Positions 29,595 to 39,577 are shown, counted from the stretch's first letter. The stretch is 64,000 bases of DNA from Bacteroidaceae bacterium (GCA_017622815.1 JAGAQH010000021.1:5335-69334); one strand, 5' to 3'. Numbers and translations are program-made. Notes: generated by a model from the sequence alone, not told the origin.

Positions 29595-32500
29595 ATGAAA
29601 CAGTTCAAACTGATTGACACCCTTATGGGGTGGATTGCCTTTGCCATTGCGGCTTTCGTGTATTGCAGCACGATAGAGCCCACGGCAAGCTTCTGGGACT
29701 GTCCCGAATTCATCACAACCGCATTCAAGTTGGAAGTGGGACATCCGCCAGGCGCACCTTTCTTCATGCTCACTGGCAACCTCTTCTCGCAGTTTACCGA
29801 CGACCCCGCCAAGGTGGCCATGATGGTAAACATTATGAGTGCCCTGTTGTCTGCCGCATGTATCATGTTCCTGTTCTGGAGCATAAGCCATCTGACACGC
29901 AAACTGGTGGGCGAGAACGGACAGATAAAGACCTGGGGACAGGGACTGACCGTTGAGTTGGCTGCCATGACAGGTGCCATGGCCTACACCTTCTCCGACA
30001 CATTCTGGTATTCTGCCGTAGAGGGCGAGGTTTACGCCTACTCCAGCCTGTTCACCGCCGTTGTCTTCTGGCTTATCCTGAAATGGGAGGACAATGCCGA
30101 CAAGCCCGGCGCCGACCGCTGGCTTATCCTCATTGCCTACCTCACAGGCCTCAGCATCGGCGTACACCTGCTGAACCTGCTCTGCCTGCCTGCCCTCGTG
30201 CTGGTATGGTACTACAAGAGAAACACCAATCCCAATGTCAAGGGCAGCCTCATGGCTCTGCTGGGCAGTTTCGTGCTCGTGGCCGTAGTGCTGTATGGCA
30301 TCGTACCTGGTATCGTTAAGGTGGGCGGTTGGTTTGAACTGCTGTTTGTCAACAAACTTGACCAGCCATTCAATACCGGCCTGATTATGTACCTGCTCGT
30401 TCTCGTAGCCACTGTGCTTTGGGCTATATGGGAGTCTACCAGACAGAAAAGCCGTCTTAGGATGAACCTGTCCTTCATTGCCAGCATCGGCATGCTGGGC
30501 ATTCCTTTCTACGGACATGGTATCAGCAGTGTGGTGATTGGAGTGGTGGCAATGGTTGTTCTGTACTTCGTGCTGAACTATGCCAAGGATGGCGTCCACT
30601 GGGTTTCTGCCCGACTGATGAACACCACACTCCTGTGCCTGCTGATGATAATGATAGGCTACTCTTCCTATGCGGTCATCGTTATCCGCTCCGAGGCCAA
30701 CCCTCCCATGGACCAGAACTCTCCAGAGGATGTGTTCACGCTGGGCAGTTACCTGGCCCGCGACCAGTACGGCGACAGCCCCCTGCTCTATGGCCAGCCC
30801 TATTCGGCTCCAGTAAAGATGGAGGTAAAGGGACAATACTACGTTCCTGCATACACAGAGGGTGCACCGCAGTACCAGCGTGTGGAGAAGAAAACGGAGG
30901 ACGAGCCCGACCGCTATGAAATCATAGATTATAAAAAGAAGTATATCTATGCCTACAACATGCTCTTCCCCCGCATGCATTCCGACCGCCACAAGAACAA
31001 CTACGAGGAATGGATGGGTGGCATAGAAGGCAAGAACGTGACCATCGACCACCTTGGCGAGCGCAAGACCATAAAGGTGCCCACCATGTGGGAGAACCTC
31101 TACTTCTTCTACTCCTACCAGGTGAACTTCATGTACTGGCGCTACTTCATGTGGAACTTTGCCGGTCGCCAGAACGACATCCAGGGCCATGGCGAATACG
31201 AGCACGGCAACTGGATTACCGGTATTCCCTACCTTGACAACATGCGTCTGGGCGACCAGAGCAAGTTGCCCACGGAACTTCGTGAGAACAAGGGACGCAA
31301 CGTATTCTACTGCCTGCCCCTTCTGCTCGGCATCATCGGTCTGATATGGCAGGTGAACAAGCGCGCCAGCACCAAAGAAGGCATGGTGGACGAGGGCGTG
31401 AAGCAGTTCTGGGTGGTCTTCTTCCTGTTCTTCATGACGGGTCTGGCCATCGTGCTTTACCTGAACCAGACTCCCGTGCAGCCCCGTGAGCGCGACTATG
31501 CCTATGCCGGTTCATTCTATGCCTTTGCCATCTGGATTGGCTTGGGTGTTGCCGCCATAAGCGACCTGCTCAACAAATTCGTGTTCAAGAAGAACGACAC
31601 GATGGGTGCTGTGCTGAGCGGACTCTGCCTGCTTGTTCCTGTACAGATGGCTTCACAGACCTGGGACGACCACGACCGCAGCGGACGCTACACCTGCCGC
31701 GACTTCGGCCAGAACTATCTGATGAGTCTGGACGAGGGCAAGGCTCCCATCATCTTCACCAACGGCGACAACGACACCTTCCCCCTGTGGTATTGCCAGG
31801 AGACAGAGGGCTTCCGCACCGATGCCCGCGTCTGCAACCTCTCATACCTGCAGACCGACTGGTACATTGACCAGATGAAGCGTCCTGCCTACGACTCTCC
31901 TGCCGTGCCCATCACGTGGAAGCGCCTGCAGTACGTCACCGGCACCAGAGAGGGTATCAGCGTGCGTCCGGGCGAACTGGAACGTGCCATAGAGATACTG
32001 AAGGACGACCCGCAGGCCATGAGAGAACTGCTTGGCGAGAACCCATACGAACTGAGCAACATCATAGACAAGTGGATACTGAACGACGATGAGGCCCTCC
32101 AGTGCTTCCCCACGGACTCCGTGGTAATCACCATCGACAAGGAGGCCGTACGCCGTAGCGGCATGATGATTGCCGGCGACTCCATACCCGACGTGATGCA
32201 CATCAGCCTGAAGGGCAAGCGTGCCGTGTACAAGAGCGAGATGATGATCTACGAGATGCTCTGCCGTACCAACTGGGAACGTCCCATGTATGTGGCATGC
32301 ACCGTGGGCAGCGACAACTACGGTTCTCTGGGCAACAACTTCGTGCGCGAAGGTCTGGCAGACCGCATCACTCCGTTCAACACCAAGGAGAGCGGCATGA
32401 CCATGGACACCGAGCGCATGTACGACAACCTGATGAACAAGTTCCGCTTCGGTGGCCTGGACAATCCCGACATCTATCTGGACGAGACGGTTCTGCGCAT

Positions 32501-32921
32501 GTGCTACACACACCGCCGCCTGTTTGCCACCCTGGCAATGCAACTGATGCGCGAGGGCAAGGAAGAGAAGGCTCTGGAGGTTGTACGCTATGCCAAGGAG
32601 GTCATACCTGCCGAAACCGTAAGACACAACTACATGAGCGGCAGCATGGACCTGGCACGTGTATGGCTGATGCATGGCGAGAAGCAGGAGGCAGAAGGCA
32701 TCGTCACGGACATCGCCACCAATGCCTGCGAGTATCTCGACTGGTATACCACACTCAACCCCCGTGTGCAGCAGTCCTGTGCACAGGACATCCTGTACAA
32801 TGTATATCAGTTGAGCAATGCCGTGGAAATCCTTGAAAGCGCCGAATCCGCCAACCTCAAGGAAATGGAGGAGAAACTCCAGGCATACCACGTAATGTTC
32901 AGCGGTTATCTCTACAGATGA
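29595..32921 (+). CDS. DUF2723-type GT-C fold membrane glycosyltransferase-like protein
   Basis: 1108 aa. The N-terminal polytopic region with FWDCPEFITTAFKLEVGHPPGAPFF is typical of Bacteroidetes DUF2723. Large soluble C-terminal half. Confidence 0.8.
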   Translation: MKQFKLIDTLMGWIAFAIAAFVYCSTIEPTASFWDCPEFITTAFKLEVGHPPGAPFFMLTGNLFSQFTDDPAKVAMMVNIMSALLSAACIMFLFWSISHLTRKLVGENGQIKTWGQGLTVELAAMTGAMAYTFSDTFWYSAVEGEVYAYSSLFTAVVFWLILKWEDNADKPGADRWLILIAYLTGLSIGVHLLNLLCLPALVLVWYYKRNTNPNVKGSLMALLGSFVLVAVVLYGIVPGIVKVGGWFELLFVNKLDQPFNTGLIMYLLVLVATVLWAIWESTRQKSRLRMNLSFIASIGMLGIPFYGHGISSVVIGVVAMVVLYFVLNYAKDGVHWVSARLMNTTLLCLLMIMIGYSSYAVIVIRSEANPPMDQNSPEDVFTLGSYLARDQYGDSPLLYGQPYSAPVKMEVKGQYYVPAYTEGAPQYQRVEKKTEDEPDRYEIIDYKKKYIYAYNMLFPRMHSDRHKNNYEEWMGGIEGKNVTIDHLGERKTIKVPTMWENLYFFYSYQVNFMYWRYFMWNFAGRQNDIQGHGEYEHGNWITGIPYLDNMRLGDQSKLPTELRENKGRNVFYCLPLLLGIIGLIWQVNKRASTKEGMVDEGVKQFWVVFFLFFMTGLAIVLYLNQTPVQPRERDYAYAGSFYAFAIWIGLGVAAISDLLNKFVFKKNDTMGAVLSGLCLLVPVQMASQTWDDHDRSGRYTCRDFGQNYLMSLDEGKAPIIFTNGDNDTFPLWYCQETEGFRTDARVCNLSYLQTDWYIDQMKRPAYDSPAVPITWKRLQYVTGTREGISVRPGELERAIEILKDDPQAMRELLGENPYELSNIIDKWILNDDEALQCFPTDSVVITIDKEAVRRSGMMIAGDSIPDVMHISLKGKRAVYKSEMMIYEMLCRTNWERPMYVACTVGSDNYGSLGNNFVREGLADRITPFNTKESGMTMDTERMYDNLMNKFRFGGLDNPDIYLDETVLRMCYTHRRLFATLAMQLMREGKEEKALEVVRYAKEVIPAETVRHNYMSGSMDLARVWLMHGEKQEAEGIVTDIATNACEYLDWYTTLNPRVQQSCAQDILYNVYQLSNAVEILESAESANLKEMEEKLQAYHVMFSGYLYR

Positions 32922-33535
32922 TAATAGAGCAGCCCGCAAGGTTTCTTCGTTGGCTGTATCCGCATGCCTTATGGAGAATGGACCCCAGTCAGAGGTCGGT
33001 GTACCTGACCTTTGACGACGGTCCCATTCCCGAGGCCACACCATACGTCCTTGATGTCCTGGATAGCCTGGACATCAAGGCCACTTTTTTTATGGTGGGA
33101 GACAATGCCCGACGCTATCCGCATCTGCTTGAAGAGGTGCGCCGGCGCGGACACCGCATAGGCAACCACACCTACAACCACATAGGCGGCTTCCGATGGT
33201 TCTCGTGGAAATACCTGGGCAACGTGCAGAGGGCCGAGGAAATCCTGCAGACGGGCAAACTGTTCCGTCCTCCGCACGGATGGATGAAACTGATGCAATA
33301 TCGGGTGATGCGCTCCACAGGATGGCGAGTGGTAATGTGGGACCTCGTTACACGAGACTACAGTAATCGCCTCACTGCCGGGGAGGTGCTGGAAAACGTG
33401 AAGCGATACACCCGCAACGGCAGCATCATCACTTTTCATGACAGCCTCAAGAGCATAGACAAACTGAAGGAAATACTGCCCGAAGCCCTGTCGTGGATAA
33501 AGAGCCAGGGCTACGAATTCAAGGTGTTTGACTAA
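32918..33535 (+). CDS. polysaccharide deacetylase (NodB homology) family protein
   Basis: NodB motifs TFDDGP and HRIGNHTYNH. ATGA overlap with the upstream stop. Confidence 0.85.
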   Translation: MIIEQPARFLRWLYPHALWRMDPSQRSVYLTFDDGPIPEATPYVLDVLDSLDIKATFFMVGDNARRYPHLLEEVRRRGHRIGNHTYNHIGGFRWFSWKYLGNVQRAEEILQTGKLFRPPHGWMKLMQYRVMRSTGWRVVMWDLVTRDYSNRLTAGEVLENVKRYTRNGSIITFHDSLKSIDKLKEILPEALSWIKSQGYEFKVFD

Positions 33536-33590
33536 GTCCGGCCAGTGTAAAACTTTCTTCCCTCCAACCTTAGGCATAAAAGGCATCCGC

Positions 33591-33745
33591 ATTGTCCTCC
33601 GACATCAGTTTTGCAGAGGGTGCGGTTCCATCGTCACGAGAACTCTTTTCGGTCGTCACGAGAACAAGCCCGAGTCACCCGGGGTGACTCGTCCTTGTCA
33701 TCGGGAGAACAGGCCCTTGTCATCGGGGAGAACAAAATACGGGGC
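33591..33745. repeat. family E, copy 2
   Basis: ...GTCGTCACGAGAACAAGCCCGAGTCACCCGGGGTGACTCGTCCTTGTCATCGGGAGAACAGGCCCTTGTCATCGGGGAGAACAAAATAC. Confidence 0.75.
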
Positions 33746-33907
33746 AAATAGGGTGTTTTCCAGGCATTCCGCCATTGTCAAAGGCCATTCCGCAAGAGAC
33801 GGACAAAATGGGATGCCGTGACGTTACGGCCATGGAACGGGGTAAGGATTTTTCTACAATTGCTGACCGGTAAACGTTATGCTTAAATAGTCATCTACCA
33901 TTATAAA

Positions 33908-33941
33908 CAGCCCTCTCCGCCATTCGCGACGGAGGGGGCTG
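33908..33941 (+). terminator. GC-rich hairpin in the deacetylase / Na-Pi transporter gap
   Basis: 12-bp stem CAGCCCTCTCCG / CGGAGGGGGCTG (one G-U, valid only on the plus strand) with a 10-nt loop. Confidence 0.4.
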
Positions 33942-34036
33942 TACTTTACTCCATGTCCAAATAGGGGGTTGGCACAATATAAACGCATATAACTTAATCA
34001 GATTATCTCGTTTATCTGTCACCAATAATTAAAAAT

Positions 34037-34078
34037 TATCGGTTGCTGCATCTACAAACGTAAAAGCAGCAACCGATA
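34037..34078 (-). terminator. terminator hairpin downstream of the Na/Pi cotransporter gene
   Basis: Perfect 13-bp stem TATCGGTTGCTGC / GCAGCAACCGATA, 18 nt past the stop, with A/T-rich flanks. Confidence 0.7.
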
Positions 34079-34095
34079 GTCGTATCAAGAGGGTA

Positions 34096-35832
34096 TTATC
34101 TGCGCACGAAGTTCTTTTCCAGTTCCTGCGAGATGTTGATGATGAAGTCGCCCATGCGCTCCAACTGGTTGACGATGTCTATGTAGTAGACGCTCGTCTG
34201 GTAGTTCTTCCTGCCGTCCTCTATTTCCTCAATCTCTGCGTCGCGCAGGTCGTTGCGGAGATAGTTGATGCGGTCCTCGGCATTGTAGGCGTTGGAAATC
34301 TCCTCCAGGGTTCCCTTATGGACACCTGACAGGTTGGTTATCATGGCATCGTAGGCATTGTCCACGGCATCCACCATGCCTTCCAGTTTCTTGATGGTGT
34401 CGTCGTCGAAGGACTTGTTGTGCACGTTCCTTCTGGACAGGATGCGGCTTATTGCCTCGCCAGAGTCGCCCAGTGATTCCAGTTCCTTGATGATCTTGTA
34501 CATTGCCTTTATCTGCTTGGAGGTGTCCTCGCTGATGCTATCGGAAGAGACTCCGTTCAGGAAGGTGGCAATCTCGTATTCTATACGGTCGGAGATTTCC
34601 TCGTACTTGATGAGTTTCTTGCTCAGTTCATCGAACTTGTCCTCCTTCTTCTCGCCGATGGCAGCCTTGGCATAGGAAAGGCCCTTTCTGGAAATCTGTG
34701 CAAAGTGTATGATTTCGTTGAAGGCCTGCTCCATGCAGAGTTCGGGTGTGGCCAAGGGACCTGCGGAGATGTACTTCAGGCGGAATACCTCGGCTTCCTG
34801 GTCCTTGGGCGCCTTGATGATGAGCACCACGGCCTTCTCTATGTACTTGATGAACCAGATGAGCACGAAGGTGTTGATGGTGTTGAACAGGGTGTGGAGC
34901 ATGGACAGGCCATAGAGGGCTGCCACACCTTCGTCGGTATTGGGACCGCTCACGGCAAAGCCTTCAGCCGAGGGATCGGGCAAACCGAATACCGTAGAGG
35001 TGACGAGGCCTACCAAACTAAGGAAGGGCTTGTAGAGAGCCAGTGCCCAAAGTACGCCGAACACATTAAATATGGTGTGCGACATGGCGGCACGCTTTGC
35101 CTGGGTATTACCCACCGATGCGGCAATGTTGGCGGTGATGGTTGTACCGATGTTCTCGCCCAGTACCATGGCACATGCCATCTCGAAGGGTATCCATCCC
35201 ATGCTGAGCATGATGAGGGTGATGGCCATGGTGGCAGAGGAGGACTGGAGCACGAGGGTCAGCACCGTGCCGAAGACGAGGAACAGGAGCACGGAACCGA
35301 AGCCGTGGCTTGACCAGGTCTTGACGAAATCAAGCACCTCGGGTGTCTCGTTGAGGTCGGGTACGGATTCCTTCATGAAAGAAAGGCCGAGGAACAGAAG
35401 GCAGAAACCCACGATGAGTTCGCCGATGTTCTGGCGCTGGTTCTTCTTGGAGTTGGAGAAGAGGAAGCCGAATATCATCAGAGGCACGGCAAGGATGGAG
35501 ATGTCGGCCTTGAAACCGAGCCATGATACGAGCCATGCCGTTACCGTGGTACCAATGTTGGCACCCATGATTACGCCTATGGCCTGATACAGGGTAAGAA
35601 GTCCGGCATTGACGAAACTAACCACCATTACGGTAGTGGCCGAAGAGGACTGGATTACGCTTGTGATGCCAAGTCCGGTGAGCACTCCCTTGAAGGGGTT
35701 TGAAGTCATGGCAGAGAGCAGGCTCCTCAGTTTGTCGCCCGACGCTTTCTGCAGACCTGAACTCATCAGGTTCATGCCATAAAGGAACATACCCAATGCT
35801 CCTAAGAGGGTAAAGATTTGTAGAATTCCCAT
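34096..35832 (-). CDS. Na/Pi cotransporter family protein with a C-terminal PhoU-like domain
   Basis: Duplicated NptA motifs (SSSATTVMVVSFVNAG and QSSSATMAITLIM) and a helical PhoU-like C-terminus. Confidence 0.9.
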   Translation of the reverse strand: MGILQIFTLLGALGMFLYGMNLMSSGLQKASGDKLRSLLSAMTSNPFKGVLTGLGITSVIQSSSATTVMVVSFVNAGLLTLYQAIGVIMGANIGTTVTAWLVSWLGFKADISILAVPLMIFGFLFSNSKKNQRQNIGELIVGFCLLFLGLSFMKESVPDLNETPEVLDFVKTWSSHGFGSVLLFLVFGTVLTLVLQSSSATMAITLIMLSMGWIPFEMACAMVLGENIGTTITANIAASVGNTQAKRAAMSHTIFNVFGVLWALALYKPFLSLVGLVTSTVFGLPDPSAEGFAVSGPNTDEGVAALYGLSMLHTLFNTINTFVLIWFIKYIEKAVVLIIKAPKDQEAEVFRLKYISAGPLATPELCMEQAFNEIIHFAQISRKGLSYAKAAIGEKKEDKFDELSKKLIKYEEISDRIEYEIATFLNGVSSDSISEDTSKQIKAMYKIIKELESLGDSGEAISRILSRRNVHNKSFDDDTIKKLEGMVDAVDNAYDAMITNLSGVHKGTLEEISNAYNAEDRINYLRNDLRDAEIEEIEDGRKNYQTSVYYIDIVNQLERMGDFIINISQELEKNFVRR

Positions 35833-36004
35833 AATTGTTTATTTGTTTGTAAATGAATGCTATGAAAGTAGGGTATAATGCCATGTATTGCGAGTGCCCG
35901 TGCAATACGTTGCTACGGGACTCGGAACACGGGGCGATATGCCTTACAACACGAGGCGATGAGGCTCGTGGCGGGTTGCCACAGCCCTCGGAAAAAGACA
36001 TTCA

Positions 36005-36385
36005 CTAAATAATAAGTCTGCCAAAACTGACGAGCATGTCCGTAGGCTTGGCAAACGAAAATGGGGATGCGGTTGGGGGATTGCAGATAAAATGCCGCAC
36101 CTTTAGGCTTGTCACCCTGTCGGCAGGCAGAAAATAAAAGCGGTTGTTGAGTGTGGTGTTCTTCTTCTTGGCAAATTTCTGCGGACGTATCCCGTTGGCA
36201 GACGGCATCTGTCTCAGAACGTACAGTTCGGGGGCAATGTCTTGTGTGTCCGTACTGAAATATGCTGTTTCAGCGTATGCATCATAGCCCTGATTCTCCT
36301 GCCCGGTGGAATCAGAACCGCTTGCACCATTGATAAAAGCAACTGCCATTACAATGGTAAATAGAAACCTCAGTATGTGTTTCAC
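36005..36385 (-). CDS. hypothetical secreted protein
   Basis: The track ORF (36457) starts upstream of a good -7 box (36415-36422). A GTG at 36385 gives a signal-like MKHILRFLFTIVMAVAFINGASG. ATG 36349 is an alternative start. No recognisable family. Confidence 0.45.
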   Translation of the reverse strand: MKHILRFLFTIVMAVAFINGASGSDSTGQENQGYDAYAETAYFSTDTQDIAPELYVLRQMPSANGIRPQKFAKKKNTTLNNRFYFLPADRVTSLKVRHFICNPPTASPFSFAKPTDMLVSFGRLII

Positions 36386-36414
36386 GCTTTTCGGTGCAAT
36401 GTGCTTCGCCTGTA

Positions 36415-36422
36415 CAAAGGTA
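36415..36422 (-). promoter_or_regulatory. -7 box TACCTTTG upstream of the hypothetical secreted protein gene
   Basis: Matches TAnnTTTG. 29 nt upstream of GTG 36385. Confidence 0.5.
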
Positions 36423-36560
36423 AGAATATTTTTCAATATACCAAGCCTCGCCGACAATAATATAGACGGAAATGCGCCGTTGTGCCACGCCCGGAAGGCA
36501 ACCGTGGCGTATATGGATTAAAAATGAGGACAGCGATAGGGGAATTTAAAATAAATTTAT

Positions 36561-36568
36561 TAACTTTG
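36561..36568 (+). promoter_or_regulatory. -7 box TAACTTTG upstream of gpmI
   Basis: Matches TAnnTTTG. 85 nt upstream of ATG 36654. Confidence 0.5.
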
Positions 36569-36653
36569 CGTAGCAAAGCAACGTGTGCGCACATGTTAGG
36601 CGCATGCGATAACTATGGATAACAGCAAACACAGATAATAAAACGAAACTATT

Positions 36654-38174
36654 ATGGCAAAGAAAGCACTTTTGATGATTCTCGATGGTTGGGGAGTCGG
36701 TAACAAGGGTAAGGGCGACGTTATTTTCAACACTCCCACCCCCTATATGGACAGCCTGTGGAAGGACTATCCCTGCAGCCAGTTGCTGGCAAGCGGTGAG
36801 AACGTTGGTTTGCCCGACGGACAGATGGGCAACTCCGAGGTGGGTCACCTCAACATCGGTGCAGGCCGCATCGTATATCAGGACCTGGTGAAGATAAACC
36901 GCGCCTGTGCCGACGGTTCCATCCTGAAGAACAAGGAAATTGTAAGCGCATACGAATATGCGGTGAAGAACGGCAAGAACGTCCACCTCATGGGCCTCAC
37001 CTCCAACGGCGGCGTGCACTCCAGCCTTGACCACCTGTTCAAGTTGGTGGAAATCGGCAAGGAGTACGGCATCGGCCACACCTATGTGCACTGCTTCATG
37101 GACGGCCGCGACACCGACCCTCAGAGCGGTAAGGGCTTCATCGAGCAGTTGGCCGCCAAGTGCGCCGAGACAGGCAATGCCGACATTGCCAGCATCGTGG
37201 GCCGCTTCTATGCAATGGACCGCGACAAGCGTTGGGAGCGCGTTAAGGTTGCCTACGACCTCATCGTAGCCGGCGAGGGCAAGCAGGCCACCGACATGGT
37301 TGCCGCCATGCAGGAGAGTTACGACGACGGCGTTACCGACGAGTTCGTTAAGCCCATCCACAACAGCACCGTGGACGGCACCATCAAGGAGGGCGACGTG
37401 GTTATCTTCTTCAACTACCGCAACGACCGCGCCAAGGAACTGACCATCGTGCTGACACAGCAGGACATGGAAGACCAGGGCATGACCACCATTCCCGGCC
37501 TCCAGTTCTATTGCATGACTCCCTACGACGCTTCCTTCCAGGGAGTGCACATCCTCTTCCCCAAGGAGAACGTCACCAACACTCTGGGCGAGTATCTGGC
37601 CAGCAAGGGCCTGACACAGTTGCACACCGCAGAGACAGAGAAGTATGCACACGTTACCTTCTTCTTCAACGGCGGTCGCGAAACTCCCTACGAGGGCGAG
37701 GAGCGCATCCTGGTGGCAAGTCCCAAGGTGCAGACCTACGACCTGAAGCCCGAGATGAGTGCCTTCGAGGTCAAGGACAAGTTGGTAGAGGCCATCAAGG
37801 AGGACAAGTACGACTTCATCGTGGTTAACTTCGCCAACGGCGACATGGTGGGCCATACAGGCATCTACGAGGCCATTGAGAAGGCCGTGAAGGCCGTTGA
37901 CCAGTGCGTCAACGAGGTTGTAGAGGCCGCCAAGGCTACCGACTACGAGGTAATCATCATTGCCGACCACGGCAATGCCGACAATGCCATGAACCCCGAC
38001 GGCAGCGTCAACACCGCGCACTCTCTGAACCCCGTGCCCTTCATCTACGTTACCGCCAACAAGGACGCCAAGGTGGAAGACGGCGTACTGGCCGACGTGG
38101 CTCCCAGCATCCTGCACATCATGGGTCTGGAACAGCCCGAGGAGATGACCGGCAAGTGCCTGATAAAGGATTAA
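36654..38174 (+). CDS. gpmI: 2,3-bisphosphoglycerate-independent phosphoglycerate mutase
   Basis: Contains [21 protein letters not shown] and ADHGNAD. 506 aa. Confidence 0.96.
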   Translation: MAKKALLMILDGWGVGNKGKGDVIFNTPTPYMDSLWKDYPCSQLLASGENVGLPDGQMGNSEVGHLNIGAGRIVYQDLVKINRACADGSILKNKEIVSAYEYAVKNGKNVHLMGLTSNGGVHSSLDHLFKLVEIGKEYGIGHTYVHCFMDGRDTDPQSGKGFIEQLAAKCAETGNADIASIVGRFYAMDRDKRWERVKVAYDLIVAGEGKQATDMVAAMQESYDDGVTDEFVKPIHNSTVDGTIKEGDVVIFFNYRNDRAKELTIVLTQQDMEDQGMTTIPGLQFYCMTPYDASFQGVHILFPKENVTNTLGEYLASKGLTQLHTAETEKYAHVTFFFNGGRETPYEGEERILVASPKVQTYDLKPEMSAFEVKDKLVEAIKEDKYDFIVVNFANGDMVGHTGIYEAIEKAVKAVDQCVNEVVEAAKATDYEVIIIADHGNADNAMNPDGSVNTAHSLNPVPFIYVTANKDAKVEDGVLADVAPSILHIMGLEQPEEMTGKCLIKD

Positions 38175-38180
38175 TGTAGA

Positions 38181-38318
38181 GGACCCTCCCCCAGCCCCTC
38201 CACAAGGGAGGGGAGTGATTACTACAAACAATTAAAGATAGACTCTAATACTAATATATTCCCTCCACTATTCAATACTATATACTCCCCTCCCTTGTGG
38301 AGGGGTTGGGGGAGGGTC
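38181..38318. repeat. family B composite (MITE-like inverted pair)
   Basis: GGACCCTCCCCCAGCCCCTCCACAAGGGAGGGGAGTGAT ... about 60 bp AT-rich ... TATACTCCCCTCCCTTGTGGAGGGGTTGGGGGAGGGTC, between gpmI and ung. Confidence 0.85.
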
Positions 38319-38351
38319 TGTTGGTTTTAAGGGTCTTTTTCTCTCGTGTTT

Positions 38352-39017
38352 ATGAAAGACATCCGCATGGAGGAGAGTTGGAAATCCCGGCTCTCCTCCG
38401 AGTTTCAAAAGCCATACTTCCGGCAACTGACCGACTTCGTCCGCCAGGAGTATAGCACCGTGCAATGCTTTCCGCCTGCACGGCTCATCTTCAATGCCTT
38501 CGACCAGACACCGTTCAACGACGTTAAGGTGGTCATCCTGGGACAGGACCCCTACCATGGCGACGGGCAGGCACACGGACTTTGCTTCTCCGTTCAGGAC
38601 GGCATACCATTTCCTCCATCTCTCAGGAACATCTTTCAGGAGATACAGGCAGAAACGGGCGCTCCCATACCACAAAGTGGCGACCTCACCCGTTGGGCAC
38701 GGCAGGGAGTGTTCCTGCTCAACACCTGCCTCAGCGTCCGTGCACACCAGGCATTCAGCCATTCGGGCAGAGGGTGGGAAACGTTCACCGATGCCGTCAT
38801 AGAAACCCTGTCGAGGGAGAGGGAAGGGCTCGTCTTCCTGCTTTGGGGAGCACCTGCCGGGCGCAAGGCACAACTCATAGATGCCTCCCGCCACCACATC
38901 CTCCAGTGTGCCCACCCAAGCCCCCTGTCGGCATACCGCGGTTTCTTCGGATGCGGACATTTCAACGAGGCAAACAAGTATCTCATCAGTAAAGGCAAAA
39001 CACCCATACAATGGTAG
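38352..39017 (+). CDS. ung: uracil-DNA glycosylase
   Basis: Motifs VVILGQDPYHG and AHPSPLSA. Start taken at ATG 38352, because the track start 38346 is a GTG. Confidence 0.93.
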   Translation: MKDIRMEESWKSRLSSEFQKPYFRQLTDFVRQEYSTVQCFPPARLIFNAFDQTPFNDVKVVILGQDPYHGDGQAHGLCFSVQDGIPFPPSLRNIFQEIQAETGAPIPQSGDLTRWARQGVFLLNTCLSVRAHQAFSHSGRGWETFTDAVIETLSREREGLVFLLWGAPAGRKAQLIDASRHHILQCAHPSPLSAYRGFFGCGHFNEANKYLISKGKTPIQW

Positions 39018-39577
39018 AGAAGAACGAACTGCCCCCCATGCTCATGGTGGGCGATGTGATAGTACACACGGACATCGTTACGGAGCGCTTCTGTTGCGAC
39101 ATCTCCAAGTGCCACGGCCTCTGTTGCGAGGAGGGCGATGCCGGTGCTCCCGTCACCATGGACGAGATTGCCGGCATAGAGAACGAACTGGACACCCTGT
39201 GGCCACAACTCAGTGCCGGAGCCCAGGCAATGATAGACAAGCAGGGAGTGGCGTATGCCGACCCCGACGGCGATATGGTCACCACCATCGTTGGCGGCCG
39301 CGATTGTGCCTTCCGCGGATGCCGTGGATGCCTCCTGTCGTCAAAGCCCATCAGTTGCGACCTCTATCCCATCCGTGTGAAGGAGTTCGGCGGCGGCCTT
39401 GTGGGCATAAACTATCACCGTTGGGACATCTGCAAGGATGCCGTCATCAAGGGCAAGGAAATGGACATGCCCCTGTACGTCTTCCTCCGCTCTCCCCTCA
39501 TTCGCCGCTTCGGCCAGGAATGGTACGACGAACTCTGCAAGATGGTGGAGGAACTCAAGGGGCAAGGACTGTTGTAA
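39011..39577 (+). CDS. DUF3109-like Cys-rich protein
   Basis: The Cys pattern FCCDISKCHGLCCEEG...CAFRGCRGC...CDLYPIR matches my memory of DUF3109. Overlaps the ung stop by 7 nt. Confidence 0.65.
   Translation: MVEKNELPPMLMVGDVIVHTDIVTERFCCDISKCHGLCCEEGDAGAPVTMDEIAGIENELDTLWPQLSAGAQAMIDKQGVAYADPDGDMVTTIVGGRDCAFRGCRGCLLSSKPISCDLYPIRVKEFGGGLVGINYHRWDICKDAVIKGKEMDMPLYVFLRSPLIRRFGQEWYDELCKMVEELKGQGLL

Noticed and set aside
33970-33987. Sigma-54 promoter-like TGGCAC element, considered because rpoN is in the window
   Set aside because: There is no TTGC -12 element at the required spacing (TGGCACAATATAAACGCA), and no gene lies immediately downstream in that orientation.
35833-36004. Riboswitch or leader upstream of the Na/Pi cotransporter gene (hairpins CACGAG…CTCGTG and GTATTGC…GCAATAC)
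   Set aside because: It does not match any riboswitch consensus I can recall. The hairpins are equally well explained as terminators of the upstream hypothetical gene that ends at 36005.
36546-38231. Very long antisense ORFs: 561 aa opposite gpmI, 19352-21040 opposite the S41 peptidase, 29556-31205 opposite DUF2723, 51824-53425 opposite GS-III, 14845-16245 opposite the kinase, and 8842-10113 opposite rpoN/PAP2
   Set aside because: Each lies exactly opposite a gene with strong motif support. Their translations are low-complexity (rich in V/G/H/A/L) with no motifs. Long antisense ORFs are expected when GC-rich codon usage avoids TTA, CTA and TCA.
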